DNA from: Candidatus Caccoplasma sp.
GTDB lineage: Bacteria; Bacteroidota; Bacteroidia; Bacteroidales; G3-4614
Assembly (NCBI GenBank): GCA_045587545.1
Contig: JAZNCN010000021.1
Location: 6,078-70,077 of the forward strand
DNA: 64,000 nucleotides
Direction of reading: 5' to 3'
Below, one piece after another: positions 28,399-37,698 of this stretch. The position numbers and the translations under genes are program-made. The notes under the pieces were generated by a model. The model worked only from the letters and a program-made list of their open reading frames with translations, did no database searches and had not been told where the DNA came from. The number at the start of each line of letters is the position of its first letter. The first letter of the stretch is position 1.

Positions 28399-28425
28399 TT
28401 TAAATTTGAAAGACAATATTCTTTA

Positions 28426-29340
28426 CTACATAACAACCATTAAAGTAATAACTGAGATTATTACCCACAATATTACTCCAAGCATAAGGGGTTTTACTCC
28501 TACTTTTTTTATTACCCCAATGGTTAAACCACAGCCTATCAGGAAGAGGGTTGCTGCCATCACTCTTTTTGCCACTAATACTATATTTTGGGTTACAATC
28601 TGAGGCAAAGGGAGATATGTGTTTATAATCATAGCTATCACAAACAATACTATAAACCATGGGATTGATGCTTTGCGCCCTTTGGTCTTAAATATAAACG
28701 CCGAAACAAATGCCAACGGTATTATCCATAGCGCACGTGTCAGTTTTATGGTGGTTGCTACTTTTAAAGCTTCATCTCCGTATGCTGCTCCTGCCCCCAC
28801 AACAGAACTTGTATCGTGAATGGCTATTGCAGCCCAAGTCCCGAACTGCTCTTGACTCAATTCAAGCATCTGCCCTATAACGGGGAATATAAAGAGTGCA
28901 ACTGCATTTAGCACAAATATGGTTGCCAAGGCAAGTGAGGTATCGTTTTCGTCTGCGTCAATAACAGGTGCAACTGCCGCAATGGCACTACCGCCGCATA
29001 TTGCCGTACCCGATGCTACCAGATAGCTGTTTTTCTTATTTATTTTTAATAATTTACCCAATAACACTCCTAAAACCATTACTCCTACAACAGAGATAAT
29101 GGTAAATAACATTCCCTCTTTACCCGACTGCAAGGATTGATATAAATTCATACTGAATCCCAAACCTACAACCGATGCCTGCAACATATATTTTGAGGTT
29201 TTCTTCGCAAACTTAGAGTATGGCACTCCTACTGTAAGCGACAATATTATTCCTATAAAAAGTGCTACTGCAGGGGACAGAAAAAATGATGCCACAAATA
29301 AAACCACAAAAAGTGCTTTTGCTATTTTATCTCTATTCAT
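28426..29340 (-). CDS. YeiH/UPF0324 family membrane protein (putative sulfate exporter family)
   Basis: 304 aa, polytopic. GTAICGGSAIAAVAPVI is the family-typical motif. Confidence 0.75.
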   Translation of the reverse strand: MNRDKIAKALFVVLFVASFFLSPAVALFIGIILSLTVGVPYSKFAKKTSKYMLQASVVGLGFSMNLYQSLQSGKEGMLFTIISVVGVMVLGVLLGKLLKINKKNSYLVASGTAICGGSAIAAVAPVIDADENDTSLALATIFVLNAVALFIFPVIGQMLELSQEQFGTWAAIAIHDTSSVVGAGAAYGDEALKVATTIKLTRALWIIPLAFVSAFIFKTKGRKASIPWFIVLFVIAMIINTYLPLPQIVTQNIVLVAKRVMAATLFLIGCGLTIGVIKKVGVKPLMLGVILWVIISVITLMVVM

Positions 29341-29372
29341 AATTGGTATATTTTATTTTTTATTAGCGATTG

Positions 29373-29380
29373 CAAAGTTA
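29373..29380 (-). promoter_or_regulatory. Candidate -7 box for the yeiH-like gene
   Basis: CAAAGTTA is the reverse complement of TAacTTTG. It lies 33 nt upstream of the ATG at 29340. Confidence 0.3.
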
Positions 29381-29411
29381 ACAACAAAATAGTTTTTTGA
29401 GAAAATTTATT

Positions 29412-29419
29412 TACATTTG
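29412..29419 (+). promoter_or_regulatory. Candidate -7 box for the thioesterase-dprA pair
   Basis: TACATTTG is an exact TAnnTTTG match, 25-37 nt upstream of the possible start codons. Confidence 0.3.
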
Positions 29420-29443
29420 CATTAAACTAACCCTAATTTATTA

Positions 29444-29860
29444 TTGGTTGCTACAATGAACTACTCTTTTGAGATTGAGATAAAGGTGCGCGACTATGAA
29501 TGTGATGCGCAAGGTATTGTGAATAACGCAAATTACCAACACTATTTTGAGCATGCCCGACATGAATTTTTGGAAGCTGCCGGCTGCTCTTTTGGCAAAA
29601 TGCGCCAAGCTGGTATTGAGCCTGTTGTTGCCCGCATTGAGATTAACTATAAAAATTCTCTTCGCGGAGGAGAGATTTTTGTATGCAAACTTTACCTTAA
29701 ACGTGAAGGTATTAAATTTGTTTTTTATCAAGATATTTTCAGAGTGGCAGATGGAGCTTTGTGCGCAACAGGAAAGGTTACTACTGTTTGTACTCAAAAC
29801 GGCAAGTTAATTAAAGGCGATGAGCTTGCCGATATGCTAAGCGGATATATTACAGAGTAA
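29444..29860 (+). CDS. Acyl-CoA thioesterase, 4HBT/YbgC hotdog family
   Basis: VRDYECDAQGIVNNANYQHYFEHARHEFL is the 4HBT-type catalytic Asp region. The start may be the Met at 29456. The antisense ORF 29441-29797 is rejected. Confidence 0.8.
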   Translation: MVATMNYSFEIEIKVRDYECDAQGIVNNANYQHYFEHARHEFLEAAGCSFGKMRQAGIEPVVARIEINYKNSLRGGEIFVCKLYLKREGIKFVFYQDIFRVADGALCATGKVTTVCTQNGKLIKGDELADMLSGYITE

Positions 29861-29866
29861 TACAAT

Positions 29867-30982
29867 ATGATTTTGAGTGAGAGGAGATATTTTATTGCTT
29901 TATCGGCGATCAAAGGTATAAACTTTGAAACAGCCAAAGCTTTGATTGAGAAGTATGGCTCGGCTGAAGCTGTTTTCTCGTCCGACTCATTATCTCTCCC
30001 CGACTTTGAAGGTAATGAACAATTGATAGAGCTTTTCACAAAATCGTCAAAAGAGAGCCTTCTTGATTATGCCGACCGCGAAATTGAATTTATTGAGAGA
30101 AACAATATTACTCCTATTGAATTTTGTTCTCCCAAATATCCCCAACGGCTGCTGGGGTGTAACGATGCCCCCATTCTTTTATATACTCTTGGGAATGCCG
30201 ATTTCAACTCCGAAAAATATGTAAGTATTGTTGGTACACGACACGCAACAACCTATGGAAGAGAGTGGTGCGAAAAGTTTGTTGGAGAGCTTGCCGAAAT
30301 GTTCCCTGATGTGGTTATTGTAAGCGGATTGGCTTATGGTATTGATATTTGCGCTCACCGCGCGGCAATGGAAAGCGGAGTAAGAACCATTGCTGTTTTA
30401 GGCAACTCGTTAGACTCTATCTACCCTGCTACACATAGAGATTCTGCCAAGCGGATTTTAAATAATGGTGCTCTTATTAGTGAATACTCTTCGCAAGCTC
30501 CTACACTGAAGGTTAATTTTGTAGCACGCAACAGAATTGTTGCCGGTATGAGCGATGCAACTGTTATTGTAGAATCGAAAGAGAAGGGTGGCTCATTAAT
30601 TACAGCCTCACTTGCTGCAGGCTATTACAGAGATGTTTTTGCACTTCCGGGAGATGTTAACAAAGAGAGTTCAAAAGGGTGCAACAATCTTATAAGGGAC
30701 AACAAGGCTCAACTGATAACTTCGGCTAAAGATATGGTTGATATTATGGGTTGGGAATCTCTAATGAAATCAAAAAGAGTACAGGAGACTCTCTTCCCCG
30801 ATATAGATGATACGGAGCAAAAAATTTTAGATATTTTGGAGATGTTAGGAGAAACAGATATAAACACTCTTTCTCTACAATCGGGCATTGCTACCTCATC
30901 TCTGCTATCTTCGCTTATGGGACTTGAGTTTAAGGGCATTATAAAATCGTACCCCGGTAACAGATATAAAAAATTTATCTGA
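29867..30982 (+). CDS. dprA: DNA-processing protein DprA (Smf)
   Basis: 371 aa. IVGTRHATTYG and GLAYGIDICAHRAAMESG are DprA Rossmann-like domain motifs. Confidence 0.9.
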   Translation: MILSERRYFIALSAIKGINFETAKALIEKYGSAEAVFSSDSLSLPDFEGNEQLIELFTKSSKESLLDYADREIEFIERNNITPIEFCSPKYPQRLLGCNDAPILLYTLGNADFNSEKYVSIVGTRHATTYGREWCEKFVGELAEMFPDVVIVSGLAYGIDICAHRAAMESGVRTIAVLGNSLDSIYPATHRDSAKRILNNGALISEYSSQAPTLKVNFVARNRIVAGMSDATVIVESKEKGGSLITASLAAGYYRDVFALPGDVNKESSKGCNNLIRDNKAQLITSAKDMVDIMGWESLMKSKRVQETLFPDIDDTEQKILDILEMLGETDINTLSLQSGIATSSLLSSLMGLEFKGIIKSYPGNRYKKFI

Positions 30983-31011
30983 GTTATTAATTAGGTTTTG
31001 CTCACTCGTAA

Positions 31012-31077
31012 AATTCCTAATTTATAATTGTTGCGAAGCAACGAACTAATTCCTAATTTAACGAGCAAACGCTCGTT
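31012..31077. repeat. Two tandem units, each a 13-nt direct repeat followed by a hairpin, in the dprA / ABC-ATPase convergent spacer
   Basis: AATTCCTAATTTA occurs at 31012-31024 and again at 31048-31060. The first copy is followed by GTTGCGAAGCAAC (31030-31042). The second is followed by AACGAGC-AAAC-GCTCGTT (31060-31077), which overlaps the stop codon of the minus-strand ATPase gene. Confidence 0.8.
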
Positions 31078-31717
31078 AACAAACAACCACTCTCCCCTCC
31101 TCAACTCTTATTATGTGATTTGCCATATGGCTTATTCCATCAATATTATGTATTACCATAACTATGGTTGTGGTTTTACGTAACTCGTTGATAATATCAT
31201 AAATTTTTTTAACCGATTGCTCATCTAAATATGATGTCGGTTCATCTAAAACAAGTATTGAGGGTGATGATATTATTGCTCTTCCGAAAAGTGCTCTCTG
31301 AAATTGCCCTCCCGACACATCTCCTATTCTATTGTTCTGAACATCGCCGAGTTGCAACATAGAGATAATTTTATCGGTTTTTTCTCTAATATCTGATGTT
31401 GACACTCTCTTATTCATCAATCCACTCTCAATCACTTCGCGAACGGAGATAGGAAATTTCATATCCAAACTGCTCTTCTGTGGTAAGTATCCTATATCTG
31501 TTCGGGTTTTATCTCCGCCGTAAGTTACTACTCCCTTTGTTGGTTTTATCAGCCCAAGCATAAGGCGTAACAAAGAGGTTTTGCCTCCTCCATTAGCACC
31601 GGTTATCAACATAAAATCGCCCTTATTCAAGGTCAGATTTACATTGTTCAGTATTATGCGATTTTCGTATGCGAGTGTTACCTCTTTAACTATTATATAA
31701 CTATCTTGTAATTGCAT
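31076..31717 (-). CDS. Metal ABC transporter ATP-binding protein (ZnuC-like)
   Basis: Walker A is GANGGGKTS, the ABC signature is VSGGQFQR, and Walker B is ILVLDEPTSYLD. Confidence 0.85.
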   Translation of the reverse strand: MQLQDSYIIVKEVTLAYENRIILNNVNLTLNKGDFMLITGANGGGKTSLLRLMLGLIKPTKGVVTYGGDKTRTDIGYLPQKSSLDMKFPISVREVIESGLMNKRVSTSDIREKTDKIISMLQLGDVQNNRIGDVSGGQFQRALFGRAIISSPSILVLDEPTSYLDEQSVKKIYDIINELRKTTTIVMVIHNIDGISHMANHIIRVEEGRVVVC

Positions 31718-32558
31718 TTGCTACTTTTATTATCTCCTCTGTAAAGTTATATGCCAACGGATTTATCACCACTATTTGTGCTTCTATCTCTTTTGCAAAA
31801 GTCTCTACTTGTCTGGGATTAAATTCATTTTGGATAAATACTGTAGTTACTCCATTTTCCACTGCCTCCTCAATTGCCCGTTGCATGGTCAGGGGTGTCA
31901 TCTCTTTTCCTATCAGCTCTAATGAGAGCTGACGCAATCCATAATCACGCGCAAAGTATGATAACGAAGGGTGAAATATAGCAAATTGCCTATTAGCTAC
32001 ATCTTTCAACTTTTCAGTTAAAACATAATCAATTGAGTCAATTTCTGATATAAAAAGATTATAATTATGCGTGTAATATTCAGAGTTTTCAGCATCTAAT
32101 TCAACAATTTGATTATATATATTCTCAGCCATAACCTTTACGCACTTTGGAGAGCTCCAATAGTGTGGGTCATAATGTAAATGATGTTCTCCTACATGAT
32201 TACAAACAGCAGATAATGGTTCAATACCCTCCGCTGTTTTTACCAACTTTATATTGGGTGCGTTCTTTAATATTGAAGGCAACAGACTCTCTTCAAAGCC
32301 CAATCCTCCCACCTCAAAATATATATCTGAAGATGTTATCTCTCTTATCTGATGCGGTGTTGCATCAAACTCTTCGGGATTGGCTCCCGAGGGGATAGCA
32401 CATACTACATCTATTAAATCGCCAACAATCCTATCAACAATATATTTTTGTGGCTGTATGGTTACTGCCACAATAGGCTTTTTATCTGTTGTTTGGGAAG
32501 TACACCCTGCTAAAAGGAGTAATGTTATTATAAGATTTATAATTGAACCTTTATTCAT
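31701..32558 (-). CDS. Metal ABC transporter substrate-binding lipoprotein (ZnuA/TroA-like)
   Basis: The lipobox is LLLAGCTS. A His-rich segment reads VCNHVGEHHLHYDPHYW. It overlaps the ATPase gene by 17 nt. I place the start at the Met at 32558 (MNKGSIINL). The track ORF extends to 32606, into the yfhO-like gene. Confidence 0.8.
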   Translation of the reverse strand: MNKGSIINLIITLLLLAGCTSQTTDKKPIVAVTIQPQKYIVDRIVGDLIDVVCAIPSGANPEEFDATPHQIREITSSDIYFEVGGLGFEESLLPSILKNAPNIKLVKTAEGIEPLSAVCNHVGEHHLHYDPHYWSSPKCVKVMAENIYNQIVELDAENSEYYTHNYNLFISEIDSIDYVLTEKLKDVANRQFAIFHPSLSYFARDYGLRQLSLELIGKEMTPLTMQRAIEEAVENGVTTVFIQNEFNPRQVETFAKEIEAQIVVINPLAYNFTEEIIKVANAITR

Positions 32559-34977
32559 TATTTTGTTTTGTCCTAAAAGAGCGTAGGAGCATAAATCCTC
32601 CTGCAATAAGCAATATCGCTATTGAGGTGTATGCTATTCCGGTTGTTACCTTTAATGATGTTGGCTCAAATTTAAACTCTATATCATGTGTTCCTGCCGG
32701 AATATTCAAGCCTCTTAATACATAATTTACTCTTGCCATCTCAACCTGTTTGCCATCTATTGATATCTGCCAACCCCATGGGAAATATATCTCTGAGAAT
32801 ACTGCAAAGCCTCCGTTTTGTGAAACAGATTTGTAGTTGAGTTTGTTCGGCTGATAGTGTGTCAAATATATGGTATCTCCTTCGGCTCTTGCAGGTATTG
32901 GTTCTGAAACTACTGTTTTAAAATATTTATCTGCTACAGCTGTTTTTGATACTTCAAATTCTGATAATGCCTCCATCTCGGATTTGGCATCATCTACCCA
33001 CTTAATCTCATCTACAAACCACGCATTACCCATAGCTCCGGGATTGCGGAAGGCTTGTGGGACTCCATCTTCTCCTTGCGATATTACATATTTGGTATTA
33101 AGCATATTAACTACCGCCATATTACCTTTTGAGAGTTGATGTTTTATCAGGTCGTCGTATCGACGAAGTTTTGCGGCGCTATATCCTCCCACCGACTTAT
33201 GATAATAAGATGTTGTAGGATCGTTATATGTGTCAACAGTCATATTCAATACCCTGTAATTGGGATCTTTATCTTGTAATATAGCCCTGTCTGCCTCACT
33301 CATTGGGAATGGATTTTGTACACGTCGCTCGGGCACAAAATTATTGCTATTTAAATAGCGTTTGTTTATTGGATACATATCAAATATTACAAGAGCTGCA
33401 AAGAGTGCTGCGGCAACTCCTGTTTTAATTTTTCCGTATGCAAATAACATTATTACTCCTGCGGCAACAATTATAAAGCCAAAAGTACGCCATGCATCTG
33501 ATACAAATATTGATTCTCGTACTCGTGCAAGTTCGTCAAAAACATCGGAAAACTCCGGTTGTGATGCAAATGCTGCCTCCTCTTGCTTTGACATAAAGTC
33601 AAAAAATAGCGAAGGCATTACTGCAAACAGGAATGCAACTCCTGCCGTAAAGGCTAATGGTATATATAAATTCTTCTTGTTCTCTTTTATAATTTGAGGG
33701 TTGTCAAATAGCTCTTTGAGAGCGAGTACCCCCAAAAGTGGTATGGCAAACTCTGCTACCACCAAAATACTTGATACTGTTCGGAATTTATCATATAGGG
33801 GAACATTGTTTACAAACCACTCAGTAAGTGGCATAAAGTTATGTCCCCATGACAAAAGAAGTGATATTATTGATGCTACTATACATGCCCATTTTATTGG
33901 TCCTTTAACAATCATACACCCTAATACAAACAGAAACATTATAACTGCTCCTGCATATACAGGTCCCGATGTAAAGGGTTGATCGCCCCAATAGTGATTC
34001 ATTTGCCCCACATATTGACGTAACGAGGGATTTGCCTCTTTCATAGCCTCTTTATCTGAAGAGATATATCCGGTTGCTCCGCCCTTGGTATTAGGGATAA
34101 GGAGTGTCCAACTCTCTCCTATTCCGTAACTCCATTGTGTTATATATTCAAGACTCAAACCTCCACTGCTATTTTTAGTGTCGGCCTCTGATACCAATTC
34201 TGATTGTCCTCGCATGGTCTCTTTTGAGTATTCGTATGTATTGTATATACTCGGCAAATTCGCTGTTATTGCAAGTAATGCCGAAACAATAAGCGCGGCT
34301 GTTGCTTTTCCGAACTTAACCCATTCTCTCTTTTTATGAGCACATACTGCAAACCCTATTACTAACGGTATTATAAAAAGTGCTGAATAATAGCTCATTT
34401 GTATATGGTTGGCATGTATTTGCAACATTCCAAAAAATGCCGCCAATAGTGCACCTTTTAAATATTTCCCACGATATGCCAATATTATTCCAGCTATTGT
34501 TGGAGGGATATATGCAAGTGTTATGAATTTCCATATATGCCCGGCTGCTATTATTATAAAAAAGTATGAAGAGAAGGCATACGCTATTGCCCCAATCAAT
34601 GATAGATACCACTTTACTCCAAGCACCATCATTAATATGAAGAAGCCTAACATCATTATATATATATACGATATGGGTATGGGCAAACCAAGGGAGTATA
34701 TCTTCTCAATTCCCTTCAATATTATATTATTACCATATGATGGTGATATCTGAAAGTTTGGCATTCCTCCAAAGAGAGAGTTTGTCCAACGAGTTGTCTC
34801 GCCGGTTGCCTCTTTAAAGGCCTTACCCTCTTGTCCTATGGCTATACCTTGCTGGGTATCTCCTTGAAAGAGAACTCGTCCTTCAAATACATCGGGAGAG
34901 AAATATATCACTGAGATAGAAACTATTACACATAGAGATATGATGTATGGCAATAATTTTTTTACATTAAATTTCAT
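32551..34977 (-). CDS. YfhO family integral membrane protein
   Basis: 808 aa with ~12 or more TM helices and a final C-terminal TM. The N-terminus FSPDVFEGRVLFQGDTQQG...WTNSLFGGMPNFQ fits Bacteroidota YfhO-family proteins as I recall them. Confidence 0.7.
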   Translation of the reverse strand: MKFNVKKLLPYIISLCVIVSISVIYFSPDVFEGRVLFQGDTQQGIAIGQEGKAFKEATGETTRWTNSLFGGMPNFQISPSYGNNIILKGIEKIYSLGLPIPISYIYIMMLGFFILMMVLGVKWYLSLIGAIAYAFSSYFFIIIAAGHIWKFITLAYIPPTIAGIILAYRGKYLKGALLAAFFGMLQIHANHIQMSYYSALFIIPLVIGFAVCAHKKREWVKFGKATAALIVSALLAITANLPSIYNTYEYSKETMRGQSELVSEADTKNSSGGLSLEYITQWSYGIGESWTLLIPNTKGGATGYISSDKEAMKEANPSLRQYVGQMNHYWGDQPFTSGPVYAGAVIMFLFVLGCMIVKGPIKWACIVASIISLLLSWGHNFMPLTEWFVNNVPLYDKFRTVSSILVVAEFAIPLLGVLALKELFDNPQIIKENKKNLYIPLAFTAGVAFLFAVMPSLFFDFMSKQEEAAFASQPEFSDVFDELARVRESIFVSDAWRTFGFIIVAAGVIMLFAYGKIKTGVAAALFAALVIFDMYPINKRYLNSNNFVPERRVQNPFPMSEADRAILQDKDPNYRVLNMTVDTYNDPTTSYYHKSVGGYSAAKLRRYDDLIKHQLSKGNMAVVNMLNTKYVISQGEDGVPQAFRNPGAMGNAWFVDEIKWVDDAKSEMEALSEFEVSKTAVADKYFKTVVSEPIPARAEGDTIYLTHYQPNKLNYKSVSQNGGFAVFSEIYFPWGWQISIDGKQVEMARVNYVLRGLNIPAGTHDIEFKFEPTSLKVTTGIAYTSIAILLIAGGFMLLRSFRTKQNNE

Positions 34978-34983
34978 AACCGT

Positions 34984-36204
34984 CTATTTTGTTTTACTTA
35001 ATATCTTTGAGTTTAAATATTTTATTGGATACCATGCTGTAACTACGCTTACAAGAGTTACTGTAAGTAATACCATAACAACATCACTGAATACAACTTT
35101 TACCGGATAAAATTCGACTATAAAGTTGCTACCCATTCTCAACAACCCTACATACTGTTGCAATAGCGACAATATTAATCCTAAGATAAGACCAACAACT
35201 GCTCCTATTGCCGAAATAAGCACGCCTTCGTTAAAAAATATTTGAGTGATAAACTTTTGCGATGCTCCTATATCTGAGAGTGTTTTTATATTGTTTTTTT
35301 TATCAATTATCAGCATTGAAACTGAGCCTATTATGTTAAAGGCTGCTATTATCAATACAAATGCAAGCATTAGGAATGTTATCCATTTCTCAATCTTCAT
35401 CATTGAGAATGCTTCGCTCTTCTGTTCCATTCTGTTTTTGGCAATATAGCTATCACCCAAAGTCAGTATTACCTCTTTTTTAACTTTCTCTACATCATAT
35501 CCCTCTGATACTTTTACCTCTATTTGTGTTGCTTCTGTTGTATAATTGAACAATTCTTTTGCTACAGAGATTGGCACATATATTACTTGATCGTCATACT
35601 CAGGCTGACTTATAGAGAATACTCCTGTACAATACACATCGGCATAATTAAACGAGGCCAACGGGTTTAGCATGTTTACCTTTGAGTTTCGTTTGGGTGA
35701 ATATATTTTTATGGGAGATACAAAATAGGGTGCAACCATAAGTGTATTTGAAACTCCTACTCCAATAACCGCCTTAGGTATTGTATCAGCAAATGCCGAT
35801 ATTCCATCAACAAGAGATTTATCTATGTCTGATACTGATGTGTAAGTTGATGGCACTCCTTTTATTACTACAGGTTGTTGCCTATCGCCAAAGAGTGCTA
35901 ATGCATTATCCTCTATTATAGGCGTTACAGCCTCCACTCCCTCTATTTTATAGAGTTGTTGTATCTCATGAGCTGATGTTTGTAGTGTTTTACCGGTTAC
36001 TGCACGAACCTCAATATGAGGGTCTATCTCTGAATATAGCGATGATATTATCTCCTCAAAGCCATTATATACAGATAGGGTGCATATCATTGCCATTGTA
36101 GCTACAGCAACTCCACACACCGAGACTATTGACACCGCATTTATCGCACTATGCGACTTTGGGGAAAACAGATATCGTAATGCTATTTTCAGCGAAAGAG
36201 ACAT
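34984..36204 (-). CDS. FtsX-like ABC transporter permease (LolC/E-type)
   Basis: 406 aa. TM1 is followed by a large periplasmic domain and three C-terminal TMs (the FtsX fold). There is no adjacent ATPase gene. Confidence 0.75.
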   Translation of the reverse strand: MSLSLKIALRYLFSPKSHSAINAVSIVSVCGVAVATMAMICTLSVYNGFEEIISSLYSEIDPHIEVRAVTGKTLQTSAHEIQQLYKIEGVEAVTPIIEDNALALFGDRQQPVVIKGVPSTYTSVSDIDKSLVDGISAFADTIPKAVIGVGVSNTLMVAPYFVSPIKIYSPKRNSKVNMLNPLASFNYADVYCTGVFSISQPEYDDQVIYVPISVAKELFNYTTEATQIEVKVSEGYDVEKVKKEVILTLGDSYIAKNRMEQKSEAFSMMKIEKWITFLMLAFVLIIAAFNIIGSVSMLIIDKKNNIKTLSDIGASQKFITQIFFNEGVLISAIGAVVGLILGLILSLLQQYVGLLRMGSNFIVEFYPVKVVFSDVVMVLLTVTLVSVVTAWYPIKYLNSKILSKTK

Positions 36205-36208
36205 TCAA

Positions 36209-36544
36209 TTACTTGTTTAAAAGAGAATCAATATTCTCAATATAGTCAAGTGAATCATCAACAAAAAATATCAATTCAGGCACTTTGCGCAACTGAAAAC
36301 GTACCCTACCTGCAAGTTCGTAACGTATACTCTTTGCACTCTCCTTTATTGATGCCAATATTGTTTCTGATTTTTCTGAAGGGAAAATACTTAAATATAT
36401 TTTTGCAACGCTTAAATCAGGACTTACTCTTACTATACTTACCGATACTAATGTTCCCGGCATTTTTTTTGTTTCTGCCAAAAAAATCTCGCCTAACTCT
36501 TTTTGTAAAAGACGATTTATTTTGCTTTGTCGTGTTGTCTCCAT
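36209..36544 (-). CDS. rbfA: Ribosome-binding factor A
   Basis: 111 aa. RLLQKELGEIF...VSIVRVSPDLSVAKIY fits the RbfA pattern. Confidence 0.9.
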   Translation of the reverse strand: METTRQSKINRLLQKELGEIFLAETKKMPGTLVSVSIVRVSPDLSVAKIYLSIFPSEKSETILASIKESAKSIRYELAGRVRFQLRKVPELIFFVDDSLDYIENIDSLLNK

Positions 36545-36551
36545 AATTAAA

Positions 36552-37181
36552 CTACTTTTTATAAATAATGGTTAATCCGTCTCGCGACGGTACAAATACT
36601 TTCTCAACCCTTTCATCTGCCGCAACCTTATCGTTAAATTTGCGAAGCCCCACGGTTTGAGGATCGTGTTGAGTTTCATCTATTATCTTGCCTGACCATA
36701 GTGTGTTATCGGCAAGCATAAACCCTCCTTTGCGAAGTTTTGGATATACTAAATCATAGTATTCGCAATACTCCCGTTTGTCGGCATCAATAAAAACCAT
36801 ATCAAACTCTTCGTCAAGGGTTGGTATTATACGCTTTGCATCGCCCATTAATAGGCGTATCTTATCTTTATTGGGTGATTGTTCAAGATACTCATTTATA
36901 AACTCTTCCAACTCATCGTTCTCCTCTATGGTATAAATAAGGCCATCTTTGGGTAATGCCTCGGCAAAGCATTGTGCCGAATAGCCCGTAAAAGTTCCCA
37001 ACTCCAAAACTCGTTTGGGATTTATCATTCTGCAAAGCATTTTCAACATTCTGCCCTGTACATGACCTGAAAGCATTCGTGAACGAACCAATTTTACATT
37101 AGTATCACGATTTAAGCGACTGAGCAACTCCCCTTCCGGATCAATGTGAGCTTGTATGTATAACTCCTCCTCTGTAAACAT
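36552..37181 (-). CDS. Class I SAM-dependent O-methyltransferase (family 3, YrrM/TrmR-like)
   Basis: 209 aa. The SAM-binding motif is VLELGTFTGYS, together with FIDADK. Confidence 0.8.
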   Translation of the reverse strand: MFTEEELYIQAHIDPEGELLSRLNRDTNVKLVRSRMLSGHVQGRMLKMLCRMINPKRVLELGTFTGYSAQCFAEALPKDGLIYTIEENDELEEFINEYLEQSPNKDKIRLLMGDAKRIIPTLDEEFDMVFIDADKREYCEYYDLVYPKLRKGGFMLADNTLWSGKIIDETQHDPQTVGLRKFNDKVAADERVEKVFVPSRDGLTIIYKK

Positions 37182-37182
37182 A

Positions 37183-37608
37183 TTATTTTTTTGTTTTTAC
37201 AGCCTCTATTGCAAGACGATAAGAGTCTAATCCAAAACCGGCTATTGTTCCTTTACATGATGACGCTATGTAAGATACTTTACGATAATCTTCGCGAGCA
37301 TTTACGTTTGAAATATGAACCTCTATTACAGGTGCTTTTATGGCTCGTATTGCATCAGATATAGCAATTGAAGTATGTGTATAGGCTCCTGCATTCAGAA
37401 CTATTGCATCTACTTCGCCAAAACCCACATTATGAAGCATATCTATTATTTCCCCTTCGTGGTTTGACTGATAATATGTTATATCATCTTCGGTATATCT
37501 ATTTTTTAGTTCTGAAAGATATGTTTCAAAATCTTTTTTGCCATATATGCTCTCTTCTCTGCGCCCTAAGAGATTAAGATTTGGTCCATTTATGATAAGT
37601 ATCTTCAT
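37183..37608 (-). CDS. aroQ: Type II 3-dehydroquinate dehydratase
   Basis: 141 aa. ILIINGPNLNLLGRRE, QSNHEGEIID and HISN are AroQ motifs. Confidence 0.95.
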   Translation of the reverse strand: MKILIINGPNLNLLGRREESIYGKKDFETYLSELKNRYTEDDITYYQSNHEGEIIDMLHNVGFGEVDAIVLNAGAYTHTSIAISDAIRAIKAPVIEVHISNVNAREDYRKVSYIASSCKGTIAGFGLDSYRLAIEAVKTKK

Positions 37609-37624
37609 ATTCTATTATTTTTTG

Positions 37625-37632
37625 TATATTTG
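37625..37632 (+). promoter_or_regulatory. Candidate -7 box for xerD
   Basis: TATATTTG is an exact TAnnTTTG match, 67 nt upstream of the ATG at 37699. There is no well-spaced -33 element. Confidence 0.3.
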
Positions 37633-37698
37633 TTCAATATATTATAATAATATTTGAACAGACAAAAGTAATAAATATTTAGGTTATTACAACGGTTT

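Noticed and set aside
28400-28660. 86-aa minus-strand ORF overlapping the 3' end of the yeiH-like gene in another frame
   Set aside because: It is fully nested within or overlapping the 304-aa transporter ORF, which has the family motif. There is no independent support.
29423-29431. Third copy of CCTAATTTA in the thioesterase 5' region, possibly related to the 13-nt repeats at 31012 and 31048
   Set aside because: Only 9 nt are shared, in AT-rich sequence. A match of that length is plausible by chance in a 64-kb window on two strands.
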